A stretch of 63,426 nucleotides of DNA, filler included, from Octopus bimaculoides (GCF_001194135.2; 5 parts of 5 records of this genome joined end to end with filler, not necessarily neighbours in it); one strand, 5' to 3'. Shown: positions 37,420 to 50,864, counted from the first letter of the whole stretch. The notes: generated from the sequence alone by a model not told the origin. Numbers and translations are program-made.

Positions 37420-37843
37420 TTTTACTCTTTTATACTTTTACTTGTTTCAGTTATTTGACAACGGCCGTGCTGGAGCACCAACTTTAGTCAAACAAATCGA
37501 CCCCAGGACTTATAGTAGAAAACACCTGCCCAAGGTGCCATGCAGTGGGACTGAACCCAGAACCACAGAGCCACACATTCTTTTCTTTTTATTTTCTGAT
37601 TTCAGACATCAGACTGCGACCATGATAGGGTACTGCTTTGAGGAGTTTTTGAAAGTCGAATGGAGTTTTTCAGTCGAATAAGTTCCACAATACTTATATT
37701 TTATAAAGTCTAGTACTCATTCTATCGGTTCGTTTTGCCGAACCGCTAATTTTCAGGAGCTTAAACACGCCAAAAGTAGTTTTCATGCTAAGGTGGGGTA
37801 TAACACGGACACAAGCACACACGCGTACATGCACGCACACACG

Positions 37844-37934
<91 letters not shown>

Positions 37935-37990
37935 GACGGGCATATATATAACTCACAAAATGCCATGCAGTGGAACTGGACTCGGAACTT
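37420..37990 (-). mobile_element. Stacked fragments of the CORE-like composite SINE
   Basis: Reverse-complement copies of the 3' module (TTTACTTGTTTCAGT..GCTGGAGCACC), body (TTCTATCGGT..TTTTGCCGAACCGCTAA) and head (CAAGGTGCCATGCAGTGGGACTGAACC). Confidence 0.8.
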
Positions 37991-39077
37991 CATGCCATGC
38001 AGCCTGAAAAATCCATTCAGGAAAGAAAATAAACTTGTGTTAATTGCAGAAGTCTTAAAACTACACCAAAATAAGTGAAACTTTAGAAACCCAGAAGGCG
38101 ATGGAAGTTGAGTGTTGAAAAGAAATGTATATGTTCAGTTTAACAGAAACCGACTTAGGTGCATATTTAGATGTAAATCAAATAATAAATAAACCGCTCT
38201 TTATGAAGAATAAAAATAATCTAAAAGAGAAATAATTAGTCTTGGCAATACAGAAAGGTTACAGGAGAAGCATGTCTGAAAATGAATATGGAGGACAGTA
38301 TTTTGCAAACAACTACAACCGATAAATAGTGGAGGTTGTTATAGTTTTTTCATTCTTTTTGCTTTATTTTTCTTTCCTTTTCTAAAGGCAACGTAAATCT
38401 GGTGATCGCAATGACGAATATAAAGGTGGGACAAAATTTCCTTAACGAATGTAACTGGGAAAACGATGGAAAAGAATTAAAACATGAGCAAGCAACAATA
38501 TATCGATCTACAAGACAAGATATTAAAAATAAAACGAATAAGCAGGCATACATCGTGACTTAAGTTCATCCAAAATGAATAATGTTGTAATCTCAATCAG
38601 ACTTTATAGAAATTTGAAGGTGGAATGTTTGTTTATAACAAGGACGATGAATCGACACAAAAAAAACAATTCTCTCCACTAAACAAAACTGGTTATTATG
38701 AAGTAAACCAAAGTAATAATTATCCACTAAAAGAAAGTAATTATGATTAAGCAAGCAAAAGATGACCTCAAGGAGGAATTCATCAAAAGCAGGAATAAAA
38801 TAAACTTAATAATTTCTATGATCATAAGACTTATTTCTCCTTCTCTACTAAACCTATAATTATCTGTGATAAAGAGGAAAACCCGAAACGGTGAATCACT
38901 CCTTTAATATTTGGCATATCGTTTTCAGTACAGTCACAACTTAATTGTCATTGCAGCCTTATATTTTTCAACACTTTTTTCTATATGTATTGCGTGTCTA
39001 ACTTCATAAGTTATTTCTTTGTCTGCTCCACTTACACTATTTCTACTTCTATGTATGTATGTATGTATGTATGTATG

Positions 39078-39115
<38 letters not shown>

Positions 39116-39127
39116 CCTATCTATCTA

Positions 39128-39561
39128 TAAGAAGGTAGTGCTGCCCTGGGTCAAGAGCGTGGGTGCTGGAAGACCCTAAATCTGGCAACATGACATTCCA
39201 CCATACCACAGAAGCAAGAGAACACAGTCATGGCTATCAGACAAATCGACCCTTACATCTGGCACCCCAACTCTCACCCCAGATTGCAACCCCCTTGATT
39301 ATAATGTGAGGGGCACAGTTGAGCAAGAGACCAACAAAACTCCTTCTAACACCAAAGATGAACTGAAGTCAAGGATTATAACAATATTCACAAATTCAAA
39401 CAAGGAGACCGTGACTGAAGCCAATGGCGATTTTATTAAATAAATTTAGTCTTTACTATTTCTATGTAATTTTGGTAAATATATCTGTTAAAATGAAATC
39501 ATTGCCAGTATCGTTTTCATTTATGCGTAATGTAGACGACAGCTTATTCACCGCACCCTGT
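39128..39561 (+). mobile_element. DD37D (maT-type) transposon 3' fragment with right TIR
   Basis: KVVLPWVKSVGAGRP.IWQHD..SPDCNPLDY..VEQETNKTPSNTKDELKSRI..EANGDFIK*. It ends GACAGCTTATTCACCGCACCCTGT. Confidence 0.85.
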
Positions 39562-40139
39562 NNNNNNNNNNNNNNNNNNNNNNNNNNNNNNNNNNNNNNN
39601 NNNNNNNNNNNNNNNNNNNNNNNNNNNNNNNNNNNNNNNNNNNNNNNNNNNNNNNNNTATATATATATATATATGCACATGTAAATGTATTTCTGTATAC
39701 ATGATTTGAAAACTTCGGTAAATAAGTTATTTGTAAATAAGTTATTTGTTATTTAAGATAACTAGTTGGAGAACCTTTTTATACCACCGGGTATGTATGC
39801 AATGTGTGTATACATGTAAAGATATGTCATTATTCTTTTGCTTGTGTTACCACGTATGTATATGTTCTTGTGTTAAGCAGTTATGGATGCACTGCCTTAC
39901 ACTTACAAGAGGATTTGCTTGTTAAATCATTTGAGTGGATGATGTTTACAACAGATGTCGATGGCAAACGAAAAAAAAAATCGAAATAAAAGAAGTGAGG
40001 AAAGTTTTTGTACACGTAGGGAAGGAATTGCTATAATATTTATTCCAGCGAAGCTATAAGTACAGCTAAGAAGAACCATTTCAACAAGAACATATTTTGT
40101 CGTGAACCTGTAAAGGAAACGAAACCAGTGATGCCTGTA

Positions 40140-40187
40140 TATATATATATATAAAGAGAGGGAGAGATACATATATATACATATATA

Positions 40188-40225
<38 letters not shown>

Positions 40226-40371
40226 TTTACATATTTACACACACACGCACACACACATATATACATANNNNNNNNNNNNNNNNNNNNNNNNNNNNNNNNN
40301 NNNNNNNNNNNTTAATTAATTAANNNNNNNNNNNNNNNNNNNNNNNNNNNNNNNNNNNNNNNNNNNNTGTG

Positions 40372-40402
<31 letters not shown>

Positions 40403-40668
40403 ATATGTATGTATATGCATATATATTTGTGTGTGTATATATGTATATATATATAAATGTGTGTATATATGTGTATATATGTATATATATATATATGTGT
40501 GTATATATGTGTATATATGTATATGTATATATATATATGTGTGTATATATATATATATGTATGCATGTATATATGTATACATATGTATATGTATGTATAT
40601 ATATATATGTATACACGTGTATATCCATGTATGTATGTATATATATATATGTATACACGTGTATATCC

Positions 40669-40728
<60 letters not shown>

Positions 40729-40780
40729 ACGTATGTATATGTAAGTATATATATATATATGTATACATATGTGTATGTAT

Positions 40781-40811
<31 letters not shown>

Positions 40812-41704
40812 CCTATGTATGTATATGTGTGTGTTTGTATGTATGTATGTGTATGTATGTATGTATGTATATATATATATATATGTGTGCATGAATATAT
40901 ATATATATATGTATTTATATGTATATGTATGTATGCATGTATGTATATATATATATATATATNNNNNNNNNNNNNNNNNNNNNNNNNNNNNNNNNNNNNN
41001 NNNNNNNNNNNNNNNNNNNNNNNNNNNNNNNNNNNNNNNNNNNNNNNNNNNNNNNNNNNNNNNNNNNNNNNNNNNNNNNNNNNNNNNNNNNNNNNNNNNN
41101 NNNNNNNNNNNNNNNNNNNNNNNNNNNNNNNNNNNNNNNNNNNNNNNNNNNNNNNNNNNNNNNNNNNNNNNNNNNNNNNNNNNNNNNNNNNNNNNNNNNN
41201 NNNNNNNNNNNNNNNNNNNNNNNNNNNNNNNNNNNNNNNNNNNNNNNNNNNNNNNNNNNNNNNNNNNNNNNNNNNNNNNNNNNNNNNNNNNNNNNNNNNN
41301 NNNNNNNNNNNNNNNNNNNNNNNNNNNNNNNNNNNNNNNNNNNNNNNNNNNNNNNNNNNNNNNNNATGTATATTATTTATATATATATGTATATTATTTA
41401 TATATGTATGTATATGTATATATATATATGTATGTATATGTATGTATGTATATGTATGTATGTATATGTATATATATATATATGTATATTATATATATAT
41501 GTATGTATATTATATATATATGTATGTATATGTATGTATGTATATTATATATATATGTATGTATATGTATGTATGTATATTATATATATATGTATGTATA
41601 TGTATGTATGTATATATATATATGTATGTATATGTATGTATGTATATATATATACACATATATATATATATGCATGTATGTATATATATGTATCTATGTG
41701 TATG

Positions 41705-41741
<37 letters not shown>

Positions 41742-42020
41742 GTATATATATGTATCTATGTGTATGTATGTATATATATATATATATATATGTATCTATA
41801 TGTCTTTGTGTATATATATATATATATATATATGTATTTATATATCCATCTATATGTATATATATATGTATCTGTGTATGTATATATATATATATGTGTA
41901 TCTATGTGTATATATGTATGTATATGTATATATATGTATGTATATATATATAGATATGTATATATATATATATATACACACACACACTCACTCACACACG
42001 CACACACACACACACACACA
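40140..42020. repeat. ~1.9-kb degenerate (TA)/(TATG)/(CA) microsatellite field with two gaps
   Basis: Directly visible. It is the source of the 558/564-aa pseudo-ORFs. Confidence 0.95.
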
Positions 42021-42418
42021 AGAGCGAGCAAAATGGAGAGAGTGAGAGAAAGAAAGAGCAGAATGTTGCATATATTAGTGTAGAGTCGCTAGTCCAGGCC
42101 AATCCGGTCCAGTATGAAACGGAAACAGAATTCCTCCTATATTAGGTGACAGCTTTATGCTGTTGATGCTGCTGCTGCTACTGTTTGTTGCAGCTACTTT
42201 CTAATGTGGCTACTGCAACTACTACTACTGCTATGCAACTGCTGCTACTACTACAACTACTTTTACTATTACTGCTTCTGCGTTTGCACTCATCATCATC
42301 ATCATCACCGCTATCACTTCTACTAATACTGCTACTGCTGCATCTTCAGCTGGTGTGTTTGTTACAATCGAAATTTGAACATATACTTATGTATATGGGA
42401 GTGAACGTTATATCATAC

Positions 42419-42492
<74 letters not shown>

Positions 42493-42611
42493 ATATAATA
42501 CACGTATATATACATTTAATATACATGTATATATACGCTCACACACATATGTGTATGTATAGCTAGAGACTCATACAAACATAGAAACGTGCATACATAC
42601 TAATAGATAAC

Positions 42612-42646
<35 letters not shown>

Positions 42647-42899
42647 NNNNNNNNNNNNNNNNNNNNNNNNNNNNNNNNNNNNNNNNNNNNNNNNNNNNNN
42701 NNNNNNNNNNNNNNNNNNNNNNNNNNNNNNNNNNNNNNNNNNNNNNNNNNNNNNNNNNNNNNNNNNNNNNNNNNNNNNNNNNNNNNNNNNNNNNNNNNNN
42801 NNNNNNNNNNNNNNNNNNNNNNNNNNNNNNNNNNNNNNNNNNNNNNNNNNNNNNNNNNNNNNNNNNNNNNNNNNNNNNNNNNNNNNNNNNNNNNNNNNN

Positions 42900-42936
<37 letters not shown>

Positions 42937-42986
42937 GTGTGTGTGTGTGTGTATTAATAAATTAATAAAAATATTATTAGTATTAA

Positions 42987-44730
42987 AGGCTGCGAGATGG
43001 CGGAATCGTTAGCACTCCGGATGGAATGCTTATTAGCATTTCGTCCGTCTTTGCGCTCTGGGGTTCAAATTCCACCGAGGTCGATTTTGCCTTTAATCCT
43101 TTCTAAGTCGATGAAATAAGTACCAGTCATGTACTGGGGTCGATATAAACGAATAGTCTCCCCCCCCCCCCAACATTGCTGCACTTGTGGCAAAATTTGA
43201 AGCCATTATCATTATTATTGGAAAGCGGCGAGCTGGCAGACTCGTTAGCACGCCGGGCGAAATGCTTAGCGGTATTTCGTCACCCGGTACGTTTCGAGTT
43301 CAAATTTCGCCGAGGTCGACTTTGCATTTCATCCTTTCAGCCTCGATAAATTAAGTACCAGTTGTGTATTTGGGTCGATCTAATCAACTTGCCTCCTCCC
43401 TCAAATTTCAGACTTTGTGCCTATAGTAGAAAAGATTATTATTATTATTATTATAGTCCTGACTAGGGATTGATCTTATTCCTATGCTCTTATTCCTTAG
43501 TAGAATTTATGTAGGTAGCGGGTTATTACCTATAACCCAAGATATTCTCAAAATTTCAAAACTCCATCATGTGCTTCAAATCCTTCTGATCATCTTTCCT
43601 CTAACTAATGAACTACTGGATATTCTATCCTAATCTTTGTTTATTTGTCTATTCCTTCACGCACAGCACCAATTATTGCATGTACATTCTTTACAAATTT
43701 TACATTCAAAATCCGTGTGACCTTCAGTTTCATCTTGTTCTACTTTTTTCAATTCTTTTATCTCTTTTCTTCAAAATCAATCAAGTCCGATGTATCAATA
43801 ATTATGCAAATTCGATTTCCTTGTCTCATACTCTAATATCTGGCTTGTTATGTTCCATCTTCTCATCCGTTTTTTTAGCCCATCTTTTACACCAAGACAA
43901 AACATTTCCACACACATAACACTTCCAATCAGTTAAGATCAGAAGCCATGGCAACTACTACCTGGTGGTTGTTGTTATTATTATCGTTCTGAGTTCAAAT
44001 TCCGCCGAGGTCGACTTTGCCTTTCATCCTTTCGGGGTCGATAAATTAAGCACCAGTGAAACACCAGATGCAATCGACTTGCCCCCTCCCCCAAATTTCA
44101 GGCTTTGTGCCTTATTATTATTTAGGCAGCAAGCTGCCTGAATCGTTAGCACGCCGGGCGAAACGCTTAGCGGTATTTCGTCTGCCACTGCGTTCTGAGT
44201 TCAAATTCCGCCGAGGTCGACTTTGCCTTTCATCCTTTCGGGGTCGATAAATTAAGTACCAGTTACGCACTGGGGTCGATATAATCGACTTAATCCGTTT
44301 GTCTGTCCTTGTTTGTCCCCTCTGTGTGTAGCCCCTTGTGGGCAGTAAAGAAATAGGTATTTCTTCCGTTGTTACGTTCTCAGTTCAAGTTCTGCTCAGG
44401 TCGACTTCGCCTTTCATCCTTTCGGAGTCGATAAATTAACTATCAGTTAGGCACTGGGGTCGATGTAATCGACCTATCCCTCTCCCCACAAATTTCAGGA
44501 CTTGCACATATAGCAGAAAGGATTGTTATTGTTGTTTTTAGTTGTCTGAGCACTCAGTCTTGTTTGCTCTGGTTGATTCTGTGAGAGCAGCCTGATGTCA
44601 GAGGTCCCACAGGGTTTTTTTTTCAGCCCATGTTTGATACTTTGTTGTTGTTGTTCCGGGATGGAGTGTGGTCGATGTAATCGAGTTGCCCAATCTCCCA
44701 AAATCTCAGGCCTTAGTAGAAAGGGGTATT
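42987..44730 (+). mobile_element. Cluster of at least six co-oriented tRNA-derived SINE copies
   Basis: Copies at ~42987-43215, 43222-43452, 43985-44120, 44125-44357, 44358-44530 and 44663-44730. They share all or part of the head GGCGAGCTGGCAGA-TCGTTAGCACGCCGGGCGAAATGCTTAGC and the core GTCGACTTTGCCTTTCATCCTTTCGGGGTCGATAAATTAAGTACCAG. Confidence 0.92.
43460..43930 (-). mobile_element. R4-like RLE LINE fragment between SINEs
   Basis: The reverse complement encodes MEHNKPDIRV*DKE..CIIIDT..KE..K..VHAIIGAV. Confidence 0.65.
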
Positions 44731-44759
44731 TCTAGCTGGCGACTTTCGTTCTGCCTACA

Positions 44760-46700
44760 ACGTGTATTCGAGAGTTCTCCGCAAGTTTTGCTTATTCTCA
44801 TTAAAATTTTTATGTCTGTCAAATATATTTTGTAAAGCTAACCACGAACCCAGGGATCTGCTCGGTTTTTGTTTCTTGGTTCTTTGGGACAATAATTGCA
44901 ACAAAAATCAGGAATTTTTCACTTTTGAAGCACACATTTAAAAGATGGTGACGCCTTTAACAACGAACCAGCTAAAAGGAGAAGAGGGGAAACAGTTTTC
45001 AAAGTATAAAGTCTCGAAAAACCCCAGGAGCAGAAACAACAATAACAACATGAGAAAGAGAACAACAACCTGCTAAACAGCAGCAGCAGCAACAACAACA
45101 GTAATAAAATAGCATGTAAAGCAGTATGTGACAACAATGAGTGCACTTCCGTTGCCGCCACCACAGCTGCTGTTGTGAGCAGCAATATTAATCACCACAG
45201 CAGAACAAGCAAAGCAAGCGAAGCAGTATCTGACATCAAAGAAAGAACGCCATCACTACCATTGCTACAGTTACTGCTAAGTTTAACATGGCCTCCACCA
45301 CCAACACTGTCACTACTACCAAAGTGGACCACCCAAAGCTACATACAATGGGTGAAATCTTTCGCAAAAGCGGCATTTATTATCATACAGATTTCTATGA
45401 TGGAAAAACACCAATATGCAAACCCACGGACTATTGTGAAAGTATCTACTAAGAAAGAGTTTCTTTATCAGTAATAGAACAAGTATTGGAAGAGACAAAC
45501 GGACAATACTTTACAAATGTATCTCACTGAAAAATCGGCACATGAAGATGATTACACGCGCCTAGGTCGAAAAGTACTTGCGTTTAATATGGACGGGTAT
45601 AGATTATTTTCTTAGGATCCAACAATCCGGCGACGTTGAAGTGAAATTTCTTAGCGAAATCCTCGCAGTAAAACATTCCTGTACCCCGGCAGGAGAGAGG
45701 CATTATCCTCTTTTCAGATTATTTCGGAAGGCGAATGGTGCTGGTGAATGTATCCACTTCAGCCGGACATCTGATGATCTGTAGTATAAGTCGTCCTGGA
45801 TGGAAGTCACACTCTCCTGGACGTTTTGAAAAATATATAGACAGCAGAATTGGCCCTGAATAGGACAGGAAGTCCTAATACAAGTGAAACTAGAACACTT
45901 GGAAAAATCCTTGATCTAATGCAGCAGCGAATGGCGCAGAATTCCACGTCATGGTGGAAGAAACCCGGTGTCTCGTATGTTGTGACACTTGAAAACTTTC
46001 TACCCACAAAAGTAAGCGAAAATGGAGGCCTCTGCTGCTTCTGACACCACAAATATAACAACTACAATAAAAGTAAGCAAATATACCAGTTAGAAGAACA
46101 GAAGCACCAGTGAAAACAGCAATAGAACTTCCTATGACAACAATATCAACAGAAACAACATCTCATTGCAACACCGCAGGACAAACATACTCCTTCTACA
46201 GAGCACTTAGACATGTTCTGTAACGAGTGCGACAAAGATGGGAAACTGCACCAGAAAGAGAACGGGGGAAATGAATAATACTTTAAAAAAGCTAAAAAGA
46301 AATGAGCCGTCAAAAAAATAAAAAGCTGACAGATTTGAGAATACAAAACCATGACCATCACAAAAAGCACTGCAACAACACAACATTGAAATAATACCCA
46401 ATACAACAAAGCAACAGACTCAATGAGACATAACTTACAGAGCCATATAAACACAAAACAACAAACAATTGATAAAATGCAGATATTAACACAATCATTA
46501 CACAAAGCGACTCCATCAGGAAATCGAATAGTGACGCTCATAAGTCATCAAAAGAAACTTTACACTTATACGACCTTTTAAAATAACGATACTCGACAGA
46601 GTCGGAGACTTCCGAAAGAATATTAACCAAACGCTACATAAAGAATTACCTCATGAAAGGATGGTGCCATCCAAGGAAATAATGGTTCAATACCTAATAT
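44760..46700 (+). mobile_element. Old L1/Tx1-like LINE 5' region (5' UTR, ORF1 relic, possible ORF2 start)
   Basis: Broken-frame VSLSVIEQVLEE..H*KIGT..RLF.IFLG aligns by eye with the ORF1 at 10119-10601. A decayed C/H knuckle-like motif lies at ~46030-46085. A low-complexity Q/A/T-rich N-terminal region is present. Confidence 0.5.
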
Positions 46701-46731
46701 TTTGGGGGAATTTATTTCCTTAAAATAATAA

Positions 46732-46797
<66 letters not shown>

Positions 46798-46829
46798 CGC
46801 GTTTCACATCCTGCCATTTCTTAACAAGT

Positions 46830-47230
46830 AAGTGAATATTCAGTTCAATATAGCAAATTGGATTTCACTCTTGTATCATGTGCTAAGAAATAGGTTCAAA
46901 GATTAGAAGAATTAAAATATAAGTATAAAGAGTCTCTCCACGCAAAACGTGCCTGTTCCAATTGTAGATAACGAAAAATGTATTCCTTTTAATATTTATA
47001 TAAATTGTTGCGGATGTTTGGAAAACTAAATTGGAGAGACTGGATCATCACCAAGCAGAAGAATGGCAATGCATAAGCAACAAATATGTAATGAGGAAAA
47101 AAAAACAGGAAAATTTCATTAAGTGGACATATCGCAGCATGTTCCGGAATGGAACAGCCGTATTTTAAAATATTTCCATTCTAAAAATAATCAGATTCAA
47201 CCACAGGGTAACAACGGATAAACAAAGAAA
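46830..47230 (+). mobile_element. Penelope-like GIY-YIG endonuclease remnant
   Basis: CCGCLEN*IGETGSSPSRRMAMHKQQI..LSGHIAACSGMEQPYFKIFPF is homologous to 56080-56300. Confidence 0.72.
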
Positions 47231-47358
47231 AAACAATTTATCATAAAATATGTCTCGCTTGATTGTTTGAGAAATAATTTCAATGAATGCCGATATGAAA
47301 AACAAAAAAAAAACTAACACACAATGACGGGCGTTTCACACGCTCGTACATGTATACG

Positions 47359-47392
47359 TATGTCCGACCAGTTCACATACTGGTCGGACATA
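47359..47392. other. Perfect 14-bp hairpin with a 6-nt loop
   Basis: TATGTCCGACCAGT-TCACAT-ACTGGTCGGACATA. Confidence 0.9.
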
Positions 47393-47872
47393 TATGGTAT
47401 TTAATAAGCTTGTGTGTGGGTAGGTGACTGTACACTCTTCTAAATAGAAGGTAAGTGTGTGTGTATGTGTGTTATAGACTACATTTTTGAATATTTCTAC
47501 CTTTTTTATCTCCTTTCTGTTAGATGATTACACTAAGCACTAAATTATTTGTAACTTGTCTGAAACCAAAGCTCTTCACTAACCACTCCTTACCTTGTCA
47601 TCTGATACTCTTTTTTCATCCCACCTACAACGGTTTCAACTCTCTATCTCTCTGTCTATCTCATTCACGTAAATTCTGTCTACCTCACATTTTCTCTTGG
47701 CCAATACCTAACAGCTTAAACTTCTCTCAGCTTTCACAGAGTTGGCCGGATGAAATTTAATGCAGGAAAAAATAGCATATCTAACGAAATGTATCTCTTG
47801 TTGTTTACCTTCTATTTTATCGAAAAGAATTACAATTGTTTTGAGTCTTTCCACGCAATATAGATACATATA

Positions 47873-48180
47873 GGCGCAGGCGTGGCTGTGTGGTAAGAAG
47901 CTTTGCTTTCCATCCACATGGTCTCTGGGTTCAGTTCCACTGTCTGGCAACTTGGGCAACTGTCCTTTACCATGTGCCTGTCTGTCGCCCCACCACCGCT
48001 TGACAACCGATGTTGTTGTGTTTACGTTCCCATAACTTAGCTGTTCGACAAAAGAACCCGATAGAATAAGTACTAGGCTTACAAAGAATAAGTCCTGGCA
48101 TCGATTTGTTCAACTAAACGCGGTGCTCCAGCATGGCTGCAGTCAAATGACTGAAACAAGTAAAAGAATAAAAGAATATA
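47873..48180 (+). mobile_element. CORE-like composite tRNA-derived SINE
   Basis: GGCGCAGGCGTGGCTGTGTGGTAAG head, ACTTGGGCAA CORE-like motif, and 3' end GCGGTGCTCCAGCATGGCTGCAGTCAAATGACTGAAACAAGTAAAAGAATAAAAGAATA. Confidence 0.88.
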
Positions 48181-48284
48181 CACATACATATATATGAACA
48201 GACACACACACACACACATATATATGCAGCATACATATGTATACACACACACACACTCACACACACATATATATATATGGGGGG

Positions 48285-48647
48285 GGGGCGTGCGCGCAAT
48301 GGCTCAGTGGTTAGGGCAGCGGACTCGCAGTCGCGATTGTCAGACCGGGCGTTGTGAGTGTTTATTGAGCGAAAACACCTAAAGCTCCACGAGGCTCTGG
48401 CAGGAGGTCGTGGCGACCCCTGCTGTACTCTTTCACCACGACTTTCTCTCACTCTCTCTTCCTGTTTCTGTTGTGCCTGTATTTCAAAGGGCCAGCCTTG
48501 TCACACTGTTTCACGCTGAATATCCCCGAGAACTACGTTAATGGTCACGTGTCAGTGGAGTGCTCAGCAACTTGCACGTTAATTTCACGAGTAGGCTGTT
48601 TCTTTGATCAACTGCAACCTTCGTCGTCGTAACCAACGGAGTGCCAC
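48285..48647 (+). mobile_element. Third tRNA-derived SINE family
   Basis: tRNA-like head GCAATGGCTCAGTGGTTAGGGCAGCGGACTCGC (A-box), a distinct body, and 3' end CGTCGTCGTAACCAACGGAGTGCCAC. Confidence 0.75.
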
Positions 48648-48894
48648 TATATATTATGCATGTATTATATTATATTATATTATATTATATTATGTATTTA
48701 TGTATATATATCTATGAATGACTGTGTGTTCATATTTCTTTATTATTCTGAAAATAGATTTCTTCCTCGTTAAAATGCTTTTGGGCAATTTTTTTTTTCT
48801 TCTTACATTTAGTTATATTTATCATTTATAATTATTCCCCTTATTTTTGCCCTGGGGCAAATAAAACAAAATCAATAATAATGGTTATAGTAAT

Positions 48895-49070
48895 AGTAAT
48901 AATTTCTACTATAGACACAAGGTCTGAAATTTTGAGGGAGGCGGGCTAGTCGATTGACCTACTCCAGTGCGTAACTGGTACTTATTTCATCGATGTCGAA
49001 ACGACACTCGCACTCAGGGACGAAACGTCCTCTAAGCATTCTATCCAGCAAACGGTTCTGCCAGCTCACC
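48895..49070 (-). mobile_element. SINE (43-44 kb family), reverse orientation
   Basis: The reverse complement has the head GGTGAGCTGGCAGAACCG, core TAAGTACCAG and tail CCTTGTGTCTATAGTAGAAATTATT. Confidence 0.8.
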
Positions 49071-49374
49071 GTATATATGTGAGGGGTGGGGTTATGGTTA
49101 TAGACAGACTGACAGACTGTTTACATTAGCAGAGGAATTCAGGGATCAGCAAAATCGCACGCGGTATTAGTTCAGGTATGTTTCCGTGTTCAAATCGTAC
49201 CCGGGTCATCTATTTGCTTCTAATTTTGCCGGTCTTAATAAAGTAGAAAGCACTGGGAGGGGTGGGGAGACTTTTCTAGCCTTGTACTCCTCCATCAAAG
49301 AAAACAAATAACACATAGAGGTACAGACATGTATATATATATATACATAAGCTAATAGTCTCTCTCTGTCTTCC

Positions 49375-49428
<54 letters not shown>

Positions 49429-49467
49429 AAAATGCTTGTGTATGTGTGTGGGTGCGTGTGTGCGTTT

Positions 49468-49647
49468 TATAAAAGGCTACTGAAGGCGCGCGTGTTTGAC
49501 GAAGAGGAGCGAGTGGAGGGTTGTTTTCTTGAACAAAGCTTTTGCTTTCACATTGCTTTGCATCAGTGGCAGCTGGCGTCCCGTTCAGTTGGTCGATAGT
49601 TGGGACGGGGATCGAGGAGGGCTGTACCCTTGCGAAACAACGTAAGT
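49468..49647 (+). promoter_or_regulatory. Candidate Pol II TATA promoter and first exon with a consensus 5' splice site
   Basis: TATAAAAG at 49468-49475 in a GC/CpG-rich non-repeat patch, with AAC|GTAAGT at 49641/49642. Motif evidence only. Confidence 0.45.
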
Positions 49648-50541
49648 TCTGGCCTAATGAGGACGCACGCTCGAGTCAGACTCTCTCNNNNNNNNNNNNN
49701 NNNNNNNNNNNNNNNNNNNNNNNNNNNNNNNNNNNNNNNNNNNNNNNNNNNNNNNNNNNNNNNNNNNNNNNNNNNNNNNNNNNNNNNNNNNNNNNNNNNN
49801 NNNNNNNNNNNNNNNNNNNNNNNNNNNNNNNNNNNNNNNNNNNNNNNNNNNNNNNNNNNNNNNNNNNNNNNNNNNNNNNNNNNNNNNNNNNNNNNNNNNN
49901 NNNNNNNNNNNNNNNNNNNNNNNNNNNNNNNNNNNNNNNNNNNNNNNNNNNNNNNNNNNNNNNNNNNNNNNNNNNNNNNNNNNNNNNNNNNNNNNNNNNN
50001 NNNNNNNNNNNNNNNNNNNNNNNNNNNNNNNNNNNNNNNNNNNNNNNNNNNNNNNNNNNNNNNNNNNNNNNNNNNNNNNNNNNNNNNNNNNNNNNNNNNN
50101 NNNNNNNNNNNNNNNNNNNNNNNNNNNNNNNNNNNNNNNNNNNNNNNNNNNNNNNNNNNNNNNNNNNNNNNNNNNNNNNNNNNNNNNNNNNNNNNNNNNN
50201 NNNNNNNNNNNNNNNNNNNNNNNNNNNNNNNNNNNNNNNNNNNNNNNNNNNNNNNNNNNNNNNNNNNNNNNNNNNNNNNNNNNNNNNNNNNNNNNNNNNN
50301 NNNNNNNNNNNNNNNNNNNNNNNNNNNNNNNNNNNNNNNNNNNNNNNNNNNNNNNNNNNNNNNNNNNNNNNNNNNNNNNNNNNNNNNNNNNNNNNNNNNN
50401 NNNNNNNNNNNNNNNNNNNNNNNNNNNNNNNNNNNNGGCAGGCTGGCTGGCTCTGTGGTAGTAGCAGTGGTTGCAGTAATGTGACGTAATATTGACTGAT
50501 GCAATAGCTGGAACTGCTGCTGAGTGGATGTGTATGTATTG

Positions 50542-50583
<42 letters not shown>

Positions 50584-50822
50584 ATGATCAACAGACTCGT
50601 TTTTAGTCATTGTAATTTTGGATGGGTGTTGTTCCTCTTTAACTAAGGATACCCAACAATTATAAGACCGGACCATAACTATAGATTATGAAGTGGACAT
50701 GGATGATAGCTCAGGACAATCTAAGAGAAAACATTGTCATTCTAAATAACTGAAGGAAGGTAGAAAAACTGATTAGCAAACTTAGATTAACACATAACGA
50801 CTTATCTTTTCACACACACACG

Positions 50823-50864
<42 letters not shown>

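Noticed and set aside
40369-42083. Longest ORFs in the track (558 and 564 aa) and all other Y/I/C/V/M/H/T-rich or X-rich ORFs
   Set aside because: They are translations of TA/CA/TATG microsatellites and N runs, which lack stop codons.
42987-44730. Repeated cores separated by variable sequence, superficially CRISPR-like
   Set aside because: The units are 130-230-bp diverged SINEs with irregular spacing in a eukaryotic context, and no cas genes are present.
48285-48345. tRNA-like sequences at SINE heads (also 32811, 47873 and 51443)
   Set aside because: They have A/B-box similarity only and no complete cloverleaf, and they continue into SINE bodies.
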